NCBI GenBank assembly: GCA_965223545.1 | Contig: OZ245006.1 | Location: 5,408,001-5,472,000 of the forward strand | Length of the DNA stretch: 64,000 bases | Origin: Planctomycetota bacterium | GTDB lineage: Bacteria > Planctomycetota > UBA1135 > UBA2386 | Direction: 5' to 3' | Shown: positions 34,996 to 44,578 of the stretch, piece after piece | Position numbering within the stretch: the stretch's first letter is position 1 | How the letters are laid out: each line of letters starts with the position of its first letter | Notes under the pieces: generated by a model | What the model was told of the DNA's origin: nothing | The model's database searches: none | What the model saw: the letters and a program-made list of their open reading frames with translations, nothing else | Made by a program: the position numbers and the translations under genes

Positions 34996-37155
34996 CTACG
35001 GCACGTTGATGACTTGCTCGCAGGCCATCGCCCGGTCGCGGCCAGCGCCTCCGTCGGCGGTGTCTTGGCCGCGGCCGCCGTGCATGGAGTCGTTGCCATC
35101 GCCACCGCTCAGGTTGTCGTCGCCGGTGCCGGCGCGCAGCGAATCGTTGCCACCTCCGCCGTCCAGCAGATCGTCGCCCGCGCCGCCGAGGACCAGGTCG
35201 TTGTCCTCGCCACCGAGCAGGATGTCGTTGCCATCGCCGCCGACCAGGATGTCGTCACCGTCGCCACCTCTGCAGACGTCGATGCCTTCGGCACCGACCA
35301 GCAGGTCGTCGCCATCGCCGCCGTCCAGATCCAGATCGATCAGGCCGAGGAGCCCGGTCGATGCCCAGATCCAGTCGTTGCCGCCACGTCCGTTGACGTC
35401 CAGGTCTTCGATCGTGCCGAGGTCGAGAGTGAAGGGGGTCACGTTGCTGCGCTGCACGCGGACCCGTGCGCCGTTGGGCGCCACGTTGATGGAATCGCCT
35501 TCCTGATCGGAACCGTTGACCTGGGCGGTGTCGTTGTCGGCGCCGCCCTCCATCAGGTCGTCACCGTCGCCGTCGTTCCACACCATGAGGTCGTCGCCGG
35601 CCTCGCCCAGCACGATGTCGTTGGCACCGCCGCCGATCAGGGTGTCGTTGCCGGCACCGCCGCGCAGCACGTCGATGCCGTCGCCGCCGATGAGCAGGTC
35701 GTTGTCCTCGCCGCCGTCGAGGTCGAGGGCGATCAGCGCCGCGAGGCCGACCGAGCCGATCATGACGTCGCCGCCGCCCTGGCCATTGACGTCGAGGTTC
35801 TCGACCGTGCCGATGTCGAGGGTGAACAGACTCAGGTTGTTACGCCGCAACCGCACGCGCGCGCCGTTGGGATCGATTCTGAAGTCGTCGCCGGCGGAGT
35901 CGCTGCCGTTGACCTGCACAGTGTCGATCTCCGCGCCGCCCTCCATGAAGTCGCTGCCGTCGCCGTCGTTCCAGACCAACAGATCGTGGCCGGTCTCGCC
36001 GAGCACGATGTCGTCGCCGCGGTTGCCGATCAGGGTGTCGTTGTCCGCGCCGCCCCGCAGCACGTCGACGCCGTCGCCGCCGATGAGCAGGTCGCTGCCG
36101 TCGCCGCCGTCGAGATCGAGATCGACCAACGCGGCGAGGCCCGCGCTGCCGGCGATGACGTCGTTGCCGCCCTGGCCGTTGACGTCGAGGTTCTCGACCG
36201 TGCCGATGTCGAGGGTGAACAGGCTCAAGTTGTTGCGGCGGAATCGCACGCGCGCGCCGTTGGGGTCGATTCTGAAGTCGTCGCCGGCGGAGTCGCTGCC
36301 GTTGACTTGCTGCGTGTCCTGATCGCTGCCGCCTTCGACGAAGTCGTTGCCGTCGCCGTTGTTCCAGACAATGAGATCGTGGCCGGCCTCGCCGAGCACG
36401 ACATCGTCACCGCGGTTGCCGATCAGCGTGTCGTTGTCGGCTCCGCCGCGGAGCACATCGACGCCGTCGCCACCGATGAGCAGGTCGTTGCCGTCGTCGC
36501 CGTCCAGATCGAGGTCGATCAAGCCGGCGAGGCCGATCGATCCAACGATGACATCGCTGCCGCCGCGGCCGTTGACGTCGAGGTCCTCGACCGTGCCGAT
36601 GTCGAGGGTGAACAGGCTCAAGTTGTTGCGGCGGAACCGGACGCGCGCGCCGTTGGGATCGATGCTGAAGTCGTCGCCGGCGGAGTTGCTGCCGTTGACT
36701 TGCACTGTATCTTGGTCTGCTCCACCCTCGATCGTGTCGCTGCCGTCGCCGTCATTCCAGACGATCAGGTCGTGCCCGGCTCCTCCGCGCAACATGTCGT
36801 CGCCGCGGCCGCCGATCAGGGTGTCGTTGTCGTCACCGCCATCGAGAACGCCGCGTGGCAGATCGCCGGAGCTCGTGTCGAAGTGCAGGACGTCGTTGCC
36901 GGCTTCGCCGAACAGCTCGATGGTGTCGGTGTTGGCGACGGTCGGGATGCCGCCTGTGGGAATCACCGTCCCGTTGTTGATCTCGATGGCGCCGGTCGCG
37001 GTCCGACGGACGACGATCGCGTTCCCACTGGCGTCCCCGCGCGCGACCAGCTTGCGCGCAACGGGGTCGAACGTGGCCGTGATCTGAGCATGCGCCGCGG
37101 CGCCGGAGAGGAGCACTGCCGCCAGCGTGCTGGCGATTCTCGAGTCGATGGTCAT
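34996..37155 (-). CDS. Calcium-binding RTX/hemolysin-type repeat protein with Sec signal peptide
   Basis: ATG 37155 gives MTIDSRIASTLAAVLLSGAAAHAQ; many GGxGxDxLx nonapeptides; ends DRAMACEQV. Confidence 0.88.
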   Translation of the reverse strand: MTIDSRIASTLAAVLLSGAAAHAQITATFDPVARKLVARGDASGNAIVVRRTATGAIEINNGTVIPTGGIPTVANTDTIELFGEAGNDVLHFDTSSGDLPRGVLDGGDDNDTLIGGRGDDMLRGGAGHDLIVWNDGDGSDTIEGGADQDTVQVNGSNSAGDDFSIDPNGARVRFRRNNLSLFTLDIGTVEDLDVNGRGGSDVIVGSIGLAGLIDLDLDGDDGNDLLIGGDGVDVLRGGADNDTLIGNRGDDVVLGEAGHDLIVWNNGDGNDFVEGGSDQDTQQVNGSDSAGDDFRIDPNGARVRFRRNNLSLFTLDIGTVENLDVNGQGGNDVIAGSAGLAALVDLDLDGGDGSDLLIGGDGVDVLRGGADNDTLIGNRGDDIVLGETGHDLLVWNDGDGSDFMEGGAEIDTVQVNGSDSAGDDFRIDPNGARVRLRRNNLSLFTLDIGTVENLDVNGQGGGDVMIGSVGLAALIALDLDGGEDNDLLIGGDGIDVLRGGAGNDTLIGGGANDIVLGEAGDDLMVWNDGDGDDLMEGGADNDTAQVNGSDQEGDSINVAPNGARVRVQRSNVTPFTLDLGTIEDLDVNGRGGNDWIWASTGLLGLIDLDLDGGDGDDLLVGAEGIDVCRGGDGDDILVGGDGNDILLGGEDNDLVLGGAGDDLLDGGGGNDSLRAGTGDDNLSGGDGNDSMHGGRGQDTADGGAGRDRAMACEQVINVP
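35258..36829 (-). repeat. Four tandem 393-bp (131-aa) intragenic repeats
   Basis: Equivalent GATCAG.GTGTCGTTG anchor at 36814, 36421, 36028, 35635 and variant at 35242; exact 393-nt spacing; boundaries approximate. Confidence 0.9.
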
Positions 37156-37278
37156 GGTTTTGGTCTTCGCCGGATGTGGGTGACTCCAGTCGCGCAGAAC
37201 GAGGGTGTTGCCGGCCAAGTCGACGGAGAAAACTGCCGTGGTCAGGCTCTGTCGGGAGGTGGGTAGAATGGCGGGCGG

Positions 37279-39963
37279 ATGCTGGTGCGGACCGTCGTCG
37301 CCGTTGCCGTTCTCGGGCTTGCCGGCGCAGCCCTGTGGCTGGTCTACGGTGGGCCGGCGAATCGGCCGATCCTGCCCCCGGCCGAGGCCGGGCGAGTGCC
37401 GCGGCCCGCAAGCGCGGCCGACGTCCGGCTGAACGAAGCCGCAGCGCGAGTCGACCCGACGCCCCCGGCGGCTGCCGCCAGCGGCCAGCTGCTCGCGGTC
37501 AGCATCACCTGTGTAGACGCCGAGACGCGGCTGCCATTGCCGCGCGCCAGGGTGTTTCTCGGGCGCTTGGAAGAAGCAGGGGCGGACGGTGGTGAGCTGG
37601 TCGGGGAGTGGGCCCCCGCCTTGACGCGTCGGGATCCGGCGGGAGTCTCGGGTGCGGACGGACGCCTGCGCGTTCTGTTGCCCGCGGGTCGCGTGCGCGC
37701 GGTGGCGACGGCCCCCGATCGGATCGGCTTGTTGGTCATCGATGCGCGCGTGAGGCGAGACTATGTCTTGCCGCTCGGTGTCGATCGTTCGGTCTCGGCA
37801 CGCGTTGTCGATGAGCGAGGCGTGCCCTGCCCCGGCGTGCCGGTTGCGCTGTGCGTCGACCGCAGCAGTGCGCTCGATCTCGCTGCCGTGGTCACCACCG
37901 ATGAGAGTGGTGTCGCCCACTTTGCGCACGTGCACTTGCACCGGCAGCGCCGGCTGCCCCCACAGCAGCGCCAGTCGGATGCGCTGGCCGCGTTGCGACG
38001 GCAGATCGCGCGCGCCGATGATGCGCCGGCGCGCCGCGCCGAACTCCTGCGCGCGCGGGACGCGCTGGCGGCGCGTGCCCTGCCGGCCGCGGGGGGCGGG
38101 CCGCGCCCATGGGCGGACTTCGTCCTGGCCATCGCTCTGCCGCTGCGCCGCCCCGTGCTCTCGCGGTGCAACTTGGCCGCGCTGCCCGAGGCTCCGATCC
38201 CCCTGCGACTTCCCGCGGTGCACGGGATCGAGGTGGCGGTGCGCGCCGCCGACGGAGCCCCGCTGCGCGCTCCCTGTTCGGTGCAGCTGACGTCGGCAGA
38301 TCCGGCGTTGCCACCGGGGCTCCTCGCGGATCAGGCCGAAGCGCTGGCCGCCCACTGTGGGCTCCGCGCAGACAAGCCGGCGGGCGTGGAGCGCGTGCGG
38401 TTTGCTCGGGTGGGTGCCGATCTCCCCGTCCGCGTCGAGGTGCGGCTCGCCCAGCGGGGCGCGGCGTTTGCGGCAGTGGTGCAGACGGGCCCGACCGAAG
38501 GCGAGGTCGTCGTCCGGGCGCCGGCGCGTTTGGCGTGGCTCGGTGGCCGGTTGTGCGATGCCCAGGGCACGCCGGTCGCCCGCCTGCCGTGCACCGCTGC
38601 GGTCATCGGTGCCGGCGGTGATGTCGAGGTGGTTTCGCTGGAGCTCGATGCCGACGGTGCGTTCGAGTTCGCGTTGCCGGGGTCCCTCGACCGGCCAGCG
38701 CGCCTGGAGATCCGCGATGACCGCGGCCATCGCGGGGTCGAGCGAGACCTGCCGCCACTGCGCGCCGGCCGGCGGCTCGCTCTCGGTGATCTCCTCCTGG
38801 CCGATCTCCCGGTGCTGGCCAGTGGCGTGGTGCGCGATGATCGCCATCTGCCCGTCGCCGACGCCGCCGTGCTGGTCGAGCACACGGCCTCGATCGGTGC
38901 CGGCGCCCGTTGGCGGCCGTTGCCGATGGGCGCGGTGCGCGCGGATGGAGAGGGGCGCTACACGGTCCGTTGCCGAGCCGGGTCCGGCCACCTACGTGCC
39001 GCGGCGCGCGCCACCGGGCACGCGAGCCCGGGACCGATCGCCGTGCGTGTCGGCGGCACGCACGACCTGCGGCTCGACCGCCATGGAGGAGTCGCGGTGT
39101 CCGGTCTCGTGCCGGAGTGGTTGCGCGGTCCGCGGCTGCACGCCGAGCTCTCGCACCCGGGAGGGCGTGCGCGGCGCGTGAGCATCTCGGCCGACGCCGA
39201 GTTCGCGTTCGAGGAGCGTTGGTCGGGCGTGCCACCGGGGACGGTCGACCTCTCGTTCTGGCACGATGCCATGCCCTTCCCGCTGGTGACCATCAGCGGC
39301 ATCGAGGTGGCTCCCGGCGGCCTGGCCGCCGATCCGCGTCTGCGCGCGGTCGATCTGCGCGACGACATCGGTCGTGTCCGGCTGCGCGCGGTCGATGCCG
39401 GTGGAACACCCGTGACCCTGAGCACGGTGCTCGCGGTGGTGCTCGGGCCGACCGGCGCACGCGCCACCGCGGCGGTTGCTACTTCCGGCGATCGCTGCGA
39501 GCTCGTGTTGCCAAGCGGGCCAACCGAGCTGCACGTGATCGCGGCCGGGTTCGCGCCGCACCGAGCGGTGCTTGGGCCCGGCGACCACACCGTGACGATG
39601 GATGCGCTGGCGCCGACCCGCGTGCGCGTGCACGGCCTCGAGGCGCTGGGCGTGCCGGGCTACCCACCCCTGGTGACGATGCGTTTGCGGGATGTGCCCG
39701 CCCTGCTCACCGACGTGCGCGAAGTCGGCGCGCGTTCTCGACCCACTTCGGTGGCGATCGATGCTCTGCGAGTGAAGGTCGTCGGTCGCGTCGGTGATGG
39801 TGGCGTCGCCGAGCTGCCACTGGTGTGGCCGGGACACTACGGGATCCACGTGCGGTGGCGTCTCGCCGGCGGGCGGTGGGCGGGCGTCGATCTCGGGAGC
39901 GCGACCGTGCGGCCCGCCGCGGCGCCGGGTGGTTTGATCGAGCGCAGCCTAGAAGGCCGTTGA
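37279..39963 (+). CDS. Membrane-anchored carboxypeptidase-regulatory-like protein, homologous to the ECF ectodomain
   Basis: N-terminal TM; RVVDERGVPCPGVPV, GVVRDDRHLPVADA, DPRLRAVDL units. Confidence 0.75.
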   Translation: MLVRTVVAVAVLGLAGAALWLVYGGPANRPILPPAEAGRVPRPASAADVRLNEAAARVDPTPPAAAASGQLLAVSITCVDAETRLPLPRARVFLGRLEEAGADGGELVGEWAPALTRRDPAGVSGADGRLRVLLPAGRVRAVATAPDRIGLLVIDARVRRDYVLPLGVDRSVSARVVDERGVPCPGVPVALCVDRSSALDLAAVVTTDESGVAHFAHVHLHRQRRLPPQQRQSDALAALRRQIARADDAPARRAELLRARDALAARALPAAGGGPRPWADFVLAIALPLRRPVLSRCNLAALPEAPIPLRLPAVHGIEVAVRAADGAPLRAPCSVQLTSADPALPPGLLADQAEALAAHCGLRADKPAGVERVRFARVGADLPVRVEVRLAQRGAAFAAVVQTGPTEGEVVVRAPARLAWLGGRLCDAQGTPVARLPCTAAVIGAGGDVEVVSLELDADGAFEFALPGSLDRPARLEIRDDRGHRGVERDLPPLRAGRRLALGDLLLADLPVLASGVVRDDRHLPVADAAVLVEHTASIGAGARWRPLPMGAVRADGEGRYTVRCRAGSGHLRAAARATGHASPGPIAVRVGGTHDLRLDRHGGVAVSGLVPEWLRGPRLHAELSHPGGRARRVSISADAEFAFEERWSGVPPGTVDLSFWHDAMPFPLVTISGIEVAPGGLAADPRLRAVDLRDDIGRVRLRAVDAGGTPVTLSTVLAVVLGPTGARATAAVATSGDRCELVLPSGPTELHVIAAGFAPHRAVLGPGDHTVTMDALAPTRVRVHGLEALGVPGYPPLVTMRLRDVPALLTDVREVGARSRPTSVAIDALRVKVVGRVGDGGVAELPLVWPGHYGIHVRWRLAGGRWAGVDLGSATVRPAAAPGGLIERSLEGR

Positions 39964-40007
39964 GACAGTGGATTCGGCGAGGCGTTCGCGTGCCGCCGCC
40001 GAAGGGG

Positions 40008-40493
40008 TCAGCCGCTCCGCTTGCCGGTCAGATCCAAAGTGAGGGCGACGTCACAGGTGGCGCTGCGCCGTGCGGCCGCAGTCCGGCGGAAGCCGGCGGC
40101 TTCGTAGAGCGAGAGCGCGGCTCGCAGCCGGCTGTGGGTCTCGACGTGGATCCGCGCGCAACCCGTCTGCGACGCGAACGCGATCGCGCGCTGCAACAGC
40201 GCGCGGCCGCGGCCCGCGCCGCGAGCCCGGCGCGCGAGGTACAGCTTGCGCAGCTCGAGAGCGCGGTCTTCGAGCGTCACCATGCCGAGCACTCCGGCGA
40301 TGGCGCCGTCCCCACCGGACAACACTTCGAGTCGCCCGCCCGGAGAGAAGTAGTGGCATGCCTCGTCGTGGAGGTCGGCGTCGGCCCCGGTCGGCTCGTA
40401 GGAGAAGCCGAACTCCTCGAGCACGGTGCGCACCAGGGTGCGAATCGCCGGCAGGTCGGCGGCCGTCGCCGCGCGCACGGCGGGCGATTTCAT
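40008..40493 (-). CDS. GNAT family N-acetyltransferase
   Basis: ELRKLYL...RGAGRG motif A, AALSLYEAAGF motif B; ATG overlaps marR stop. Confidence 0.9.
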   Translation of the reverse strand: MKSPAVRAATAADLPAIRTLVRTVLEEFGFSYEPTGADADLHDEACHYFSPGGRLEVLSGGDGAIAGVLGMVTLEDRALELRKLYLARRARGAGRGRALLQRAIAFASQTGCARIHVETHSRLRAALSLYEAAGFRRTAAARRSATCDVALTLDLTGKRSG

Positions 40494-40963
40494 GCGCGGT
40501 CGGTGGCCGCAGCGTCGGCGGCTTCGCGCGCTTGGAACTGCTCCCAGAGCAGCTCGATGGCGTGCACGACTCCGCGCCGCGCACCGGGATCGATGTGGTC
40601 GAGGATGCCGCGGAACTCGGCGGTCAGCGTGGCTTGAATCTCGCGGACGAGGCGTTCGCCGGAGCGGGTCGCGGTGACGAACCAGACGCGCCGGTCTTCG
40701 GTGCCTCGCTCGCGACTCGCGTGACCGGCGGTCACCAAGCGATCGACGACCCGCGTCACGCTGCTCTGGTCGAGATGGAGGCTTCGGGCCAACGCGGTCA
40801 TCGTCAGCGGCCCATCTTCGACCAGCAGCTCGAGCGGATACCAATCCGCCGCGGAGATGCCGAACGAGCCCGCCCGACTGCGGTCGCGATACTGGTAGCC
40901 GCGCACCAGCCGCGAGAACGCTGCGTAGAACTTGTCGGCCTGGGAGCGAGTCGTGCGCGGCAT
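40490..40963 (-). CDS. MarR family transcriptional regulator
   Basis: GPLTMTALARSLHLDQSSVTRVVDRL...EDRR...TRSG; start may be 40972. Confidence 0.9.
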   Translation of the reverse strand: MPRTTRSQADKFYAAFSRLVRGYQYRDRSRAGSFGISAADWYPLELLVEDGPLTMTALARSLHLDQSSVTRVVDRLVTAGHASRERGTEDRRVWFVTATRSGERLVREIQATLTAEFRGILDHIDPGARRGVVHAIELLWEQFQAREAADAAATDRA

Positions 40964-41025
40964 CGACGACATGCTCGACGGCCGCGCGGTGGACGGCAAG
41001 ACCGTGCGTGACGGGCCGCACGAGC

Positions 41026-43371
41026 CTAGCGAGAAAATCGAGTCTGACACCGTACGAGCCAGCAGAGGATGGGGAGGCCGGCGGTGCCGGCGAGGAGCTC
41101 GCCGAACGGCAGGACCAGCTCCGGGGCGTCGAGGGCGCGCAGGAGGCCGGGGATGGGCAGGAGGCCGGCCGGAATGGCGAGCACGCAGCCGAGCGTTGCC
41201 AGGTAGGTCGCCTGGGCGGCCGCGAGGCGGCGCTGGGTGCGCGGGGAGGCGCCGATCTCGTGCAGGATCGCGCGGGTGCGTCGAGCCTCGGCCGCGTGCA
41301 GGGCGGTGGCGACGCCGATGACCAGGAGACCGACGAACAGGGACAGCAGCCACGTCGCCCGAGCCAGGCGGCGCGGTTGTTGGGCGAGCGCGCGTTGGAC
41401 GTCGATGGCGGTCCCCGGCCGGCGCTGGGCGAGCGCGCGGGCGAGAGTCACGTCGGCGTCGCTCACCGGGCGGGGTAGACGGATCAGCCACGCGGCGCCG
41501 TCCTCGTCGTCGCGCGGGCCGGGTTCGATGCCGAGGGTCCGGGCGGTCGCGCGGTCGAGGATCCACGCCGGCGCGCGCGCGGCGCCTTGCGGCCGCAGGT
41601 CGATGGTCGGCAGCTTCGCGATCTGCCGGTTGGAGTGCGCCTCGTGTAGCGTCGCGTGCGCGCCAACCGGGTCGCCGGCGATGGCGAGCAAAGCGCGCGT
41701 GCCGGCCGGCGGCGAGTTCTCCACGCCGACGGCGCGCAGTAGCGCGGCATCGCCGATCGCGATCGGCCGGCCGCGCGCCGGTGTGCCGGAGATCGCGTGC
41801 ACCGCGGCGCCGCCGGTGTGCGCCCATTCGAGCTTGGCCCGCGCGAGCCCGCCGAGGGCGCGTTCGATCTCCATCGCGACGCCCGAGGCCGCCGGCCCGC
41901 GGACTCGGATCTGGTCGGCGCGCAGTGCGGCCCACGTCTCGAGCGGGCTGGCCTGCAGGCTCGCCATCGCGGTGGCGACGGTGACGCTCATCGCGGTGCC
42001 GGCCAAGACCGCGGTCACCACGGGGCCGTCGCGGTGGCGCCAGCGGCTGCTGTCGCGCACCGCCAACCGCCAGGCCAGCGGCAGCCCACCAGCTCGTCGC
42101 GCCAGCTGCTCGAGCACCCATGGGCAGAACGCGCCGAGGCCGAGCGCACCGGCGATCGAGCCGGCGATCGTCAGGGATGCGGAGCTCGACTCGGGCCCCC
42201 ACGCCCCGGCCGCGATCGCGGCGGCAGCGAGCAACAGCAGCGCCACTCCGCCGCCGAGCCAGCGGTGCGCCGGCTCGCGCGGTGGCCGCCGGCTGGCCAG
42301 CGCGGTGCGGATCGGCACCGCCGCGGCCGCGCGCGCCGGCAGCGCCGCGGCGAGTGCCGCCGTCGCCACCCCCATGACGCAGGCGACCCACAGCTGACCC
42401 ACGGGCACTTCGAAGGAGCCGTTGAGCCGCCCGTTGAGGGAGTCCAGATGCGGATGGACTAGTGCGGCGGAGCCGATCCCGGCGCCGACTCCAGCGATGC
42501 TGCCGGCCGTGGCGAGCGCGGCGGTCGAAAGCAGGATCGACCACAGAATCGCGCCCCGCTCGGCGCCGGCTGCGCCCAGCAGGCCGATCTCGCGCCGGCG
42601 TCGGTGCAGCCCGACCGCGATGGCGCCGGCGATCACCAAGCCGGCTTGCAGATAGCCCAACGAGCCGAGCACGAAGACGACGGCGGCGTCGACCGCGGGC
42701 TGCGCGCGCACCTCGGCGGCGGTGCGCACGCGAGCGCCCGCCCGGCGCAGCTCGTTGGCGACCGCGGTGGCATCGGTCCCGGCGGCGAGGTCCACGAACC
42801 ACGTCGCGCGGTGCGACGCCGGGACCGGGGCCGCAGCGGGAACCACGACGATGCCGCGCGTGGTCGCTTCGCGGTCCACGACCCGGCCGACCACCGTGGC
42901 GTACGCGTCACCGCCGACCCTGTCGCTGCGATCGCCGAGGCCGGCGCCCGCCGCTTGCGCGACCGAGGCGGAGATGGCGACTTCGCGGGGATTGGTCGGG
43001 AGACGCCCTTCGATCACGGCGATCTGCGCTGCCGCGGGACTCGCCGCGGGTGCGTGCCAGGCCATGGCCTGGATGCGGAGGCCGCGGATGTCGATCTTCA
43101 GCGGCCACTGGCGCAGCGCCGTCGTCGTCGCGGTCGCCGGTAGACGTGCCAACGCGGTCGCCGCGGCCGCGGTCTCGAAGCAGAGGTCGGCATCGCCCAC
43201 CGCGCGGCGCACGCGTTCGTCGGGGGTGGGTACCACGATGTGCAGCAGGATCGCGCCGGCGGTCATCACCGCGACGGGGACCGCCACGGCCGCGCCGATC
43301 AGCAACGCGCGCAGCGGGGCGCGGCGCAGGCCGCGCAGCTCGATGCGCGCCAGGGCGCGGGCGGCGCTCAC
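41026..43371 (-). CDS. ABC transporter permease (FtsX/MacB-like)
   Basis: EGRLP..PREVAIS, RRRREIGLLGAAGA and AILHEIGASP repeats; GTG overlaps upstream stop. Confidence 0.85.
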   Translation of the reverse strand: MSAARALARIELRGLRRAPLRALLIGAAVAVPVAVMTAGAILLHIVVPTPDERVRRAVGDADLCFETAAAATALARLPATATTTALRQWPLKIDIRGLRIQAMAWHAPAASPAAAQIAVIEGRLPTNPREVAISASVAQAAGAGLGDRSDRVGGDAYATVVGRVVDREATTRGIVVVPAAAPVPASHRATWFVDLAAGTDATAVANELRRAGARVRTAAEVRAQPAVDAAVVFVLGSLGYLQAGLVIAGAIAVGLHRRRREIGLLGAAGAERGAILWSILLSTAALATAGSIAGVGAGIGSAALVHPHLDSLNGRLNGSFEVPVGQLWVACVMGVATAALAAALPARAAAAVPIRTALASRRPPREPAHRWLGGGVALLLLAAAAIAAGAWGPESSSASLTIAGSIAGALGLGAFCPWVLEQLARRAGGLPLAWRLAVRDSSRWRHRDGPVVTAVLAGTAMSVTVATAMASLQASPLETWAALRADQIRVRGPAASGVAMEIERALGGLARAKLEWAHTGGAAVHAISGTPARGRPIAIGDAALLRAVGVENSPPAGTRALLAIAGDPVGAHATLHEAHSNRQIAKLPTIDLRPQGAARAPAWILDRATARTLGIEPGPRDDEDGAAWLIRLPRPVSDADVTLARALAQRRPGTAIDVQRALAQQPRRLARATWLLSLFVGLLVIGVATALHAAEARRTRAILHEIGASPRTQRRLAAAQATYLATLGCVLAIPAGLLPIPGLLRALDAPELVLPFGELLAGTAGLPILCWLVRCQTRFSR

Positions 43372-44057
43372 GACTCCCCCGCGGTGGCGGTGATGCGGCC
43401 GTCGCGGAGAAAGAGCACGCGGTCGGCCCACGCCGCGTGTGCACCGTCGTGGGTGACCAGCACCGCCGCTCCGCCCCGGTCGCAGTGCGCTCGGAGCAGG
43501 CGCAGGACGCGCTCGCCGGTGAGTGAATCGAGGGCGCCGGTCGGCTCGTCGGCCAACAGTAGCTGTCGCGGCCCCACCGTGGCGCGGGCGATCGCGACCC
43601 GCTGCTGCTCTCCGCCGGACAAGTCGTCGGGAAACCGATCGCCAAGAGTCGCCAGACCTACGCCCTCCAGAGCAGCGCCGGCGGTGCGGCGCGCCTCCCG
43701 CCAGCCGATGCCGTCGAGCTCGAGCGGCAGCGCGACGTTCTCCAGCGCGGTGAGGCCGGCCAGCAAGTTGAGCTCTTGGAAGACGTAGCCGACGACCCGC
43801 CGGCGCAGAGCGGCCAACGCCTCCGCCGACATCGGTGCCAGATCGCGGCCCAGCACCAAGACCCGGCCGCTGGTCGGCTGGTCGAGGGCTCCGGCGAGTG
43901 ACAGCAGGGTCGACTTGCCCGAGCCCGAGGGGCCCATGATCGCCACCAGCTCGCCGCCGGACACGGTCAGGTCGGTGGCAGCCAGTGCCGTCACCGCATG
44001 CGGGCCGCGGCCGTGGATCCGGCCGGCGCCATCCAGCTCCAGGACCGGTGCGCTCAC
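43368..44057 (-). CDS. ABC transporter ATP-binding protein (LolD/MacB-like)
   Basis: GPSGSGKST, LSGGEQQRV, LLADEPTG, VTHD. Confidence 0.95.
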   Translation of the reverse strand: MSAPVLELDGAGRIHGRGPHAVTALAATDLTVSGGELVAIMGPSGSGKSTLLSLAGALDQPTSGRVLVLGRDLAPMSAEALAALRRRVVGYVFQELNLLAGLTALENVALPLELDGIGWREARRTAGAALEGVGLATLGDRFPDDLSGGEQQRVAIARATVGPRQLLLADEPTGALDSLTGERVLRLLRAHCDRGGAAVLVTHDGAHAAWADRVLFLRDGRITATAGES

Positions 44058-44578
44058 GACCCGGCGTCGCGTGCCGCGAGGCGCGCCGCGCAGAGATCGA
44101 GCCAGCGCAGCTCCGCCTCGGCGTGCACGATCAGTGCATCCAAGAGCAGCACCCAACTCAGCTCGCGTTCCGGGTCGGCGCGGCGCTTGTGGCGCGTGTA
44201 GCTCTGCAGGCGGTGCATCGTCGCCACCCGCTGCGCGCTCAGGATGTGGTCGACTTCTTCGTGATCGGTGCTCACGGCGAGCAGCACCTTGATCGCCAGC
44301 TCGTCGCGCGCCGGCGGCTCGGCGGACACGGGAGAGGCGAACCACTCGGCCAGGGTGGCGCGTCCGGGTGCCGTGATGCGCCACGATTGCCGCGCGTTGT
44401 CGCCGTCACCGACCGGCTCGACGAGGCCGTCGCGCTGCAGCCGGCGCAGCGTGGTGTAGACCTGGCCGACGTTGAGCGGCCACGCGTTCGCGGTGCTGGC
44501 TTCGAAGTCGGTCTTCAGGCCGTAGCCGTGCGCCGGCCCCTCGGCCAGCAGCGCCAGCAGACTGTGGCGCACACTCAT
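44054..44578 (-). CDS. PadR family transcriptional regulator
   Basis: LLALLAEGPAHGYGLK...NVGQVYTTLRRL; C-terminal EAELRWL. Confidence 0.92.
   Translation of the reverse strand: MSVRHSLLALLAEGPAHGYGLKTDFEASTANAWPLNVGQVYTTLRRLQRDGLVEPVGDGDNARQSWRITAPGRATLAEWFASPVSAEPPARDELAIKVLLAVSTDHEEVDHILSAQRVATMHRLQSYTRHKRRADPERELSWVLLLDALIVHAEAELRWLDLCAARLAARDAGS

Noticed and set aside
35258..36829. CRISPR or mobile-element origin for the repeats
   Set aside because: In-frame coding repeats without spacers; no cas, transposase or integrase genes in the window.
37198..37224. ECF-like promoter GTCGAC-N17-CGTT upstream of the RTX gene
   Set aside because: GTCGAC is extremely frequent in this sequence and I found no consistent second instance.
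34936..37266. 776-aa plus-strand ORF, and similar long antisense ORFs (8320-10962, 7880-9931, 32006-34732, 46249-48771, 55132-57534)
   Set aside because: Shadow frames of real genes in high-GC DNA; no family motifs.
37156..38991. N-terminal 600 aa of the 1331-aa RTX ORF
   Set aside because: Antisense to the real gene at 37279; a signal peptide starts at ATG 37155.
41003..41022. CGTGCG-N8-CGCACG inverted repeat upstream of marR
   Set aside because: Short and GC-rich, so not distinguishable from chance.
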